The position numbers and the translations under genes were made by a program. Under the pieces are notes generated by a model that did no database searches, had not been told where the DNA came from, and worked only from the letters and a program-made list of their open reading frames with translations. From positions 1-47,759 of the forward strand of contig LCRY01000004.1 in NCBI GenBank assembly GCA_001004905.1: a DNA stretch of 47,759 nt, read 5' to 3'. How positions within the stretch are numbered: position 1 is the first letter of the stretch; every line of letters starts with the position of its first letter. The DNA comes from Parcubacteria group bacterium GW2011_GWA1_56_13. GTDB lineage: Bacteria; Patescibacteriota; Minisyncoccia; Phycocordibacterales; Phycocordibacteraceae. Below are positions 43,153-47,759 of the stretch, one piece after another.

Positions 43153-43845
43153 TCATTTTCCGCGGCGGCGTTCGCGCTGCGCAAATTCGGCAAGAATGGA
43201 GTCAAATTCTTCTTCCGTAAAGTCCGGCCAGAGCGTATCGGTGAAAAAAAGTTCGCTGTAGACCGATTGCCAGGGGAGAAAGTTTGAGAGGCGCGTTTCG
43301 CCGCCCGTGCGTATGACAAGATCCGGGTCGGGCATCGGATACGACCAGAGCTTGCTCTCGAAAGAATCCTCGGTAATTTCCCTTCCCTCTGCCGCGAGAG
43401 CATTCGCCGCCGCGACGAGTTCCGCGCGGCCGCCGTATGACACGAGCACGTGAAGCGTGATCGTGTGCTGCATTCCCGTCGCTCTTTCCATCCTGCTCAT
43501 CATTTTCCGCATATCGGCGCTGAAACGCGACCGGTCGCCGACAAAATGTACGCGGATATGCCCATCAAGCATCTTCTGTGTCTCGTGTTCGAGGACGGAA
43601 CGGAATAACTTCATCAAATAGCTGACTTCTTTTTCGGCGCGCTGCCAATTCTCCGTGGAGAATGCGTAAACGGCCAGATGCGGGATGTCCCTCTCGCGCG
43701 CCCAACGCACGACGTCCTTGAGTTTTTGGTAGCCTTCGTTATGCCCCTCGAACACCGGCTTATTATGGGCGCGCGCCCAGCGGCGATTACCATCCATGAT
43801 GACGCCGACGCACGACACTCCGCCGGCTACGCCACGTTCAGTCAT
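43153..43845 (-). CDS. uppS: Undecaprenyl-diphosphate synthase (cis-isoprenyl transferase)
   Basis: 230 aa with IMDGNRRWA and RTGGETRLSNFLPWQSVYSELFF. Confidence 0.95.
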   Translation of the reverse strand: MTERGVAGGVSCVGVIMDGNRRWARAHNKPVFEGHNEGYQKLKDVVRWARERDIPHLAVYAFSTENWQRAEKEVSYLMKLFRSVLEHETQKMLDGHIRVHFVGDRSRFSADMRKMMSRMERATGMQHTITLHVLVSYGGRAELVAAANALAAEGREITEDSFESKLWSYPMPDPDLVIRTGGETRLSNFLPWQSVYSELFFTDTLWPDFTEEEFDSILAEFAQRERRRGK

Positions 43846-43882
43846 GCCTGTTCGAACCTTCCGGTGTCGTATTCGGTTTCAA

Positions 43883-43901
43883 GTGCGCGGTGAGGGACTC
43901 G
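43883..43901 (-). repeat. 19-nt duplicate of the tRNA-Val 3' end (T-arm 3' half, acceptor 3' strand, discriminator and one further nt)
   Basis: gtgcgcggtgagggactcg at 43883-43901 is identical to 43999-44017. The flanks diverge on both sides. Confidence 0.9.
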
Positions 43902-43999
43902 GTCACGCATGATTCCTTGCTAGGAATCCGCGCGACCCCGCCTCGGACCGTCGTCCTGCGGCTTTCGAGTCCGAAAGAATGAATCGTTCCCTGCATATG

Positions 44000-44072
44000 T
44001 GCGCGGTGAGGGACTCGAACCCCCGACCTTTCCGGTGTAAACGGATTGCTCTACCAACTGAGCTAACCGCGC
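44000..44072 (-). tRNA. tRNA-Val (anticodon TAC)
   Basis: GCGCGGTTAGCTCAGTTGGTAGAGCAATCCGTTTACACCGGAAAGGTCGGGGGTTCGAGTCCCTCACCGCGCA folds as a standard 73-nt cloverleaf. The 3' trailer is CAT. Confidence 0.93.
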
Positions 44073-44113
44073 ATCCAAAGAACATTGTAGCGTCCAATGC
44101 TGAAAATTGCCTG

Positions 44114-44195
44114 TGCCGTGGGAGAGATTCGAACTCTCAACCCTTGCGGGATACGATTCTGAGTCGTACGCGTATACCAATTCCGCCACCACGGC
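44114..44195 (-). tRNA. tRNA-Leu (anticodon CAG), long variable arm
   Basis: The acceptor stem is GCCGTGG/CCACGGC. The anticodon arm is TACGA-CTCAGAA-TCGTA. The T arm is GAGAG-TTCGAAT-CTCTC. The 3' trailer is CAG. Confidence 0.92.
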
Positions 44196-44236
44196 GATGT
44201 CCGCTTCTTCTCGTCCGCCTGCCGGCGGACCAGCTG

Positions 44237-44308
44237 TGCCCCCAGCTGGAATCGAACCAACATCAACGGCTTAGAAGTCCGCTGCACGATCCATTGTGCT
44301 ATGGGGGC
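44237..44308 (-). tRNA. tRNA-Arg (anticodon TCT)
   Basis: The acceptor stem is GCCCCCA/TGGGGGC. The D arm is GCAC/GTGC. The anticodon loop is CTTCTAA. The T loop is TTCGATT. The 3' trailer is CAG. Confidence 0.88.
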
Positions 44309-44341
44309 AACCCCACGCCCTTACCCTAACGCATGCCGGGG

Positions 44342-44650
44342 TTATTGCGAAGGGTCGGCATAACGGTAAACGCCCGTCACATACTTCGCCTCTTCGCCGG
44401 CGCGCTTCTCGAACACGGCATGAATGACATCTATCGAGGAGCGATTGAAAACCGGCGGGGCGCTGACTGCGTTCGCTCCGATAGTGCCGCCACTTGCGAC
44501 CGTGTCGAACGCCCACACATTCCAGACGACAATGCACACAAAGGCAAAAAGCGAGAGCGTGAGGAGTATGATCCAATCACGCACCGGATCAAAGAGCATT
44601 CCCGAGCGCGAGCGATTGAAAAAAGACCGAATGGAGGCAGACGTATTCAT
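44342..44650 (-). CDS. Small single-TM protein, last gene of the pilMNO-like operon
   Basis: The ATG at 44650 overlaps the upstream stop (ATGA). The 102-aa product has one TM helix (WIILLTLSLFAFVCIVVWNVW). Confidence 0.6.
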   Translation of the reverse strand: MNTSASIRSFFNRSRSGMLFDPVRDWIILLTLSLFAFVCIVVWNVWAFDTVASGGTIGANAVSAPPVFNRSSIDVIHAVFEKRAGEEAKYVTGVYRYADPSQ

Positions 44651-45180
44651 GGCGTGCGTTGAGTGCTCGAAGCGGTCGCCGGTACCGAACCGACGGTTAT
44701 CTCGAGGGTAGCGCTCCAGGTATTTTTCTCGTTCCAACGAACAGAGAGCTTTGATACCGAGAGGTCGTACGGGGCGTATTCGATCGCGCCGACAGTGCGC
44801 ATCACCGCGTCAAAGGTCCCGTCAATAGCAAGTGAAAGCACAAGTGTCGGCTTCGTCGGCACTCCTTCCACGGAAACCGAGAGAACTTTCATAGCCGCTT
44901 TTTGCTTGCTGGCGCGCGCTTCGAGGTCGTTGATGAATGAGACCACCCCCGTTTCTGGGACGAAATAATCTTGAACCGCGGCCTCGTCACCGGCGATCTC
45001 GGCGAGCGCCGAGCGCGCGGAGGCGATGCGGCCGGCTGTTTCGGTCTTCGCCGTAATGCGGTTCTGCAGATCGGCGACGGCGATACTCTTATTCGCGATG
45101 GCGGTATACCAATACCCGTAACCCGAAAGAGCGACGACACAGAGAAAGAACCCGGCGAGTAAATGAAGTGATTCTTTCAT
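44647..45180 (-). CDS. PilO-like type IV pilus assembly protein
   Basis: 177 aa with an N-terminal TM helix, a coiled-coil and a ferredoxin-like domain. There are ATGA overlaps at both ends. The assignment rests on architecture and position after PilM and PilN. Confidence 0.6.
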   Translation of the reverse strand: MKESLHLLAGFFLCVVALSGYGYWYTAIANKSIAVADLQNRITAKTETAGRIASARSALAEIAGDEAAVQDYFVPETGVVSFINDLEARASKQKAAMKVLSVSVEGVPTKPTLVLSLAIDGTFDAVMRTVGAIEYAPYDLSVSKLSVRWNEKNTWSATLEITVGSVPATASSTQRTP

Positions 45181-45731
45181 GGAGAGAGCGTGACGGTGAT
45201 GGTGAACGGTATATTGGCGTCCTTCGCATATGCGGATACCGGCAGGACAGCAGAACGTGCGAAGGATGCCTCCTGTAGAGCCAACTGATAATTGCGCAGC
45301 GCATCACGCGTCGCCGAGGAGCCGGAAATGACCAATGTTGCCGGATCCTTATCGGTAGGAGGGACATGCGAGAAACCGGAGAGCGTGATGCCCGGGCGTG
45401 GTATAGCGAGCATTTCCCGCACGATTGAGCTTATGGAAGGAGCATTCGAGAGAGCGATGAGCTTTGCCGCATTGCTTGAGAGTACGGCAAGACGCGCCGA
45501 AAGTGCAGCTTCGTCCGCGGAAGAAAAGGTGGATTCTACGCTCGTCAGTTGCGCCTTCTTCGAATTGGCGCTCGCCTCAAGAAGCACATAGGTCGGTATG
45601 AGCAGTACCCCCGCCGAAAGGGTGAGTACGGTCACTAGCACGGCCGCGACGACGCCGATGCGTAGCAGATAATTCCGTGCGAGCGCGCGCTCGCGCTCCG
45701 GAGGAAGCAGATTGGTGAGTTCGTTATGCAT
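45177..45731 (-). CDS. PilN-like type IV pilus assembly protein
   Basis: The ORF runs from the ATG at 45731, overlapping the pilM stop by 8 nt. It begins NLLPPERERALARNYLLRIGVVAAVLV, a conserved PilN-type N-terminus plus TM helix. Confidence 0.65.
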   Translation of the reverse strand: MHNELTNLLPPERERALARNYLLRIGVVAAVLVTVLTLSAGVLLIPTYVLLEASANSKKAQLTSVESTFSSADEAALSARLAVLSSNAAKLIALSNAPSISSIVREMLAIPRPGITLSGFSHVPPTDKDPATLVISGSSATRDALRNYQLALQEASFARSAVLPVSAYAKDANIPFTITVTLSP

Positions 45732-46821
45732 ACGGTTGTATATCGTCGCGCAGCGCAAGACCGATCGCAGTTGCATACACGAGCGATTCGGTGTAATCGA
45801 GCGTCGGGATCCAGACATCGCGTGAAGCGAAATTCGTGAACACATCGCCAGCAACGACGGGGATTCCGAGCGCTCCCTCGAGATATTCGGGGAATCCGCG
45901 CACCGAAGCATTCCCTCCGACGAGGAGTGCATGCGTCACCGGCGCACGCCTCCCCGGAGATGTCGCTTTCCCCTGCCAGTACTCGAGCCGATGAGAGATC
46001 TCATCGCGGATGGCGGAGGCGGTCGAAAGCATTGCCGCAAGATAGTCCTCGTTCCCCGGCACGGGAACGATGCCTCGCTCGGCCTTGATCTTGCGCGCTT
46101 CGGCTTCGGTCACCCCAAAGTGCTTCTGGACCGCGAGCGTGAGCGCATGGCCAGCGATGCCGATCGTGGTGGCGAAACAGGGGATGCGGCGTGCCACAAT
46201 GGACATCTTTGTCGTCGACCTGCCGACGTCGATAATGAGCGCCGTGGAGTCGTCCCCGAACGGAAGCAGGGCGCGGGAAGAAGCGAACATCTCCCCTTCA
46301 AGCGCCTGGACTCTGACGTTCGCCTGGTCGAACACGGAGAGAGTGTCGTCAACGATGCGGCGCGCGAAACCGATGCCCGCGAGAAGAGCATCTCCGTGTT
46401 CTCCTCGTCCTATCTTAACGACGTCGAATACGGTTTCCGGCGGCGGTAGAGGGACGAGTTCGTCGAGATGCTGCTCTATCGCGATACGCCATTCGGCTTT
46501 ATTCGTCCCGGGAGCCGTCGTCTCGAACAGATATGACTTCGATTCCGGCAATGCTACGTTCGCCGCCGATATGCCGGCTGCCTTCGCGGTTTTGGAGATG
46601 ACGTCAACGACCGCAGCGCGATCGATTATCTCGCCGTCGGTAAACGCGCCCGCGGGGAGCCGTTCCTCGGCGTAGCCGGCGAGCGAGAGACCGTGCGGTC
46701 CCTGAACGAGACGCACCGCCTTCGCGCCGCTTGTGGAAAGGTCGATACCGGCAAGTGGAAGCGACAGGTACCGGGGTGGCGCCAAGGCGGCGCGAAGGCG
46801 TTCACGAAAAACGGACGACAT
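45724..46821 (-). CDS. pilM: Type IV pilus assembly ATPase-fold protein PilM
   Basis: 365 aa. The actin-like fold begins AGIDLSTSGAKAVRL and includes IIDVGRSTTKMSIV and LLVGGNASVRGFPEYL. Confidence 0.85.
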   Translation of the reverse strand: MSSVFRERLRAALAPPRYLSLPLAGIDLSTSGAKAVRLVQGPHGLSLAGYAEERLPAGAFTDGEIIDRAAVVDVISKTAKAAGISAANVALPESKSYLFETTAPGTNKAEWRIAIEQHLDELVPLPPPETVFDVVKIGRGEHGDALLAGIGFARRIVDDTLSVFDQANVRVQALEGEMFASSRALLPFGDDSTALIIDVGRSTTKMSIVARRIPCFATTIGIAGHALTLAVQKHFGVTEAEARKIKAERGIVPVPGNEDYLAAMLSTASAIRDEISHRLEYWQGKATSPGRRAPVTHALLVGGNASVRGFPEYLEGALGIPVVAGDVFTNFASRDVWIPTLDYTESLVYATAIGLALRDDIQPYA

Positions 46822-46865
46822 ACGAAGTTCAGTATAGCGCGTCTTGCTGCGGCACCCGCGCTCGT

Positions 46866-47225
46866 TCAGTGCGCACTGGTGCCGGGTGGGACGTCCCGGT
46901 CGGGAACGAGGAATGCAAACGATCCATTCGCGCCGACGGCAAAAAGCATCCCGTTGCTTTCGAGCCCGCGTATCATGCGCGGTTCGAGATTCGTCACGAA
47001 GGCGAGTTGTCGGCCGACAAGCGTGGGGGGTTCCGGCACATATGCGGCAATCCCGGAAATGATCTGACGCAAACCGGTCTCTTCGTTAAAATCAACCATC
47101 AGCCGCAGGAGTTTGTCCGTCTCGGGCACGCGCTCGGCGCTACGGACCGTGCCGACTTTCACCTCTACCTTGCTGAAATCGTCGATCGGTATGCGCGGTT
47201 TACTTGCCCCGTTAGAAATGCTCAT
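46866..47225 (-). CDS. Stand-alone tRNA-binding (EMAP/CsaA-like OB) domain protein
   Basis: 119 aa. FSKVEVKVGTVRSAERVPETDKLLRLMVDFNEETGLRQIISGIAAYV...RMIRGLESNGMLFA matches the MetRS C-terminal/CsaA tRNA-binding domain. Confidence 0.85.
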   Translation of the reverse strand: MSISNGASKPRIPIDDFSKVEVKVGTVRSAERVPETDKLLRLMVDFNEETGLRQIISGIAAYVPEPPTLVGRQLAFVTNLEPRMIRGLESNGMLFAVGANGSFAFLVPDRDVPPGTSAH

Positions 47226-47301
47226 GCGTATGATGTTACCAAATAAGCGCGGGTCAAAAGCAAAACACTGATCTTAGAAACGATCCGAATGCATCGCATG
47301 T

Positions 47302-47721
47302 CTATTGGGGTCCACGGTCGGCACGGGATAAGTAGCTGGTAAGAATGAGTGCGGCGGCGGACGCGTCCACATCCGCACGACGCTTCGGGGCGCGTGATTT
47401 TGCCTCCTTCCCCGGTACGCGGCGCGCCGCGGCGCTCGTAAACACTTCTGATTCATAAAATATCGGCACGCCCGAGCGCGCGGTGATTAAATCACCAAAA
47501 GCGTGCGCATCTTTTGCAATCGGATTCTCTCTGCCTGCGAGGTCGCGCGATTCGCCAATAATCACTGCTCCAACATCCTCCTTCGCAATAAGCGCGCAGA
47601 TCTCATCAACGAGTCGTGGCGTATTTATCACGATGGAATGAGGAAAGCCCATCGCGCCGGCTTCATCCGAGAGCGCGAGACCTACTTTCTTACTTCCGTA
47701 ATCCACTCCGAGATATCGCAT
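47302..47721 (-). CDS. ruvX: Holliday-junction resolvase-like RuvX (YqgF)
   Basis: The ORF runs from M10 of the track ORF and begins MRYLGVDYGSKKVGLALSD, continuing to AVIIGES...DERFTS-like region. Confidence 0.88.
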   Translation of the reverse strand: MRYLGVDYGSKKVGLALSDEAGAMGFPHSIVINTPRLVDEICALIAKEDVGAVIIGESRDLAGRENPIAKDAHAFGDLITARSGVPIFYESEVFTSAAARRVPGKEAKSRAPKRRADVDASAAALILTSYLSRADRGPQ

Positions 47722-47759
47722 AAACGAAGTGTGTGGTACGATGCACATATATGCAACCA

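Noticed and set aside
43846-44340. Integrated mobile element at the tRNA cluster
   Set aside because: Only a 19-nt repeat with a 97-nt spacer is present. There is no integrase, excisionase or cargo gene in the window. I keep it as an att-like scar or tRNA-like element rather than a mobile element call.

Overview
Gene-dense, visibly GC-rich bacterial chromosomal segment. Its content looks like a Candidate Phyla Radiation (Parcubacteria-like) genome. This is an inference from four observations: a 23S rRNA with no 16S or tRNA spacer upstream; secE-nusG-rplK and rplJ-rplL operons that both lack rplA; pilMNO-like genes without a secretin; and many small membrane, Cys-motif or PG-binding surface proteins. 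The window opens inside a minus-strand 23S rRNA gene (5' ~1.3 kb). That gene carries a perfect 44-bp tandem duplication of a universally conserved core segment and a 95-nt hairpin insertion. Most of the rest is housekeeping: rplJ-rplL, ftsK, recA, an ECF-type sigma with a membrane partner, efp, rpsF-ssb-rpsR, a TatD-type hydrolase, four aaRS genes (metG, glyQS, ileS, argS), recO, dut-glyA, rplS, an RluA-family synthase, uppS, ruvX and five tRNAs (His-GUG, Leu-GAG, Val-UAC, Leu-CAG, Arg-UCU), none encoding CCA. The stand-out locus is a plus-strand operon at 30175-35014 with overlapping start and stop codons, divergent from dut-glyA. It encodes a ParB/sulfiredoxin-like protein, a pseudo-dimeric cytidine-deaminase-fold protein, an ~800-aa fusion of an MtrA-like N-terminal region to a thymidylate-synthase-fold region, and an SDT1-type HAD pyrimidine 5'-nucleotidase. 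I read this as a candidate non-canonical thymidylate or C5-modified-pyrimidine pathway. Other items worth a second look: a 19-nt duplicate of the tRNA-Val 3' end flanking a 97-nt highly structured spacer; two small genes broken at homopolymer or purine tracts (G8 at 40461-40468, A/G tract at 38931-38949); a recurring inverted-repeat motif (ACCCCGTGAGATA / TATCTCACGGGGT) at the sigma/efp and rplJ upstream regions, next to ECF-like GAAC-N16/17-CGT boxes; a 360-nt structured non-coding gap between glyA and argS; a terminator-like leader in front of secE-nusG; an unannotated 41-codon membrane ORF; and a non-canonical EF-P modification loop. I saw no CRISPR array, transposase or integrase. All calls rest on motif recognition by eye, and no database search was run.
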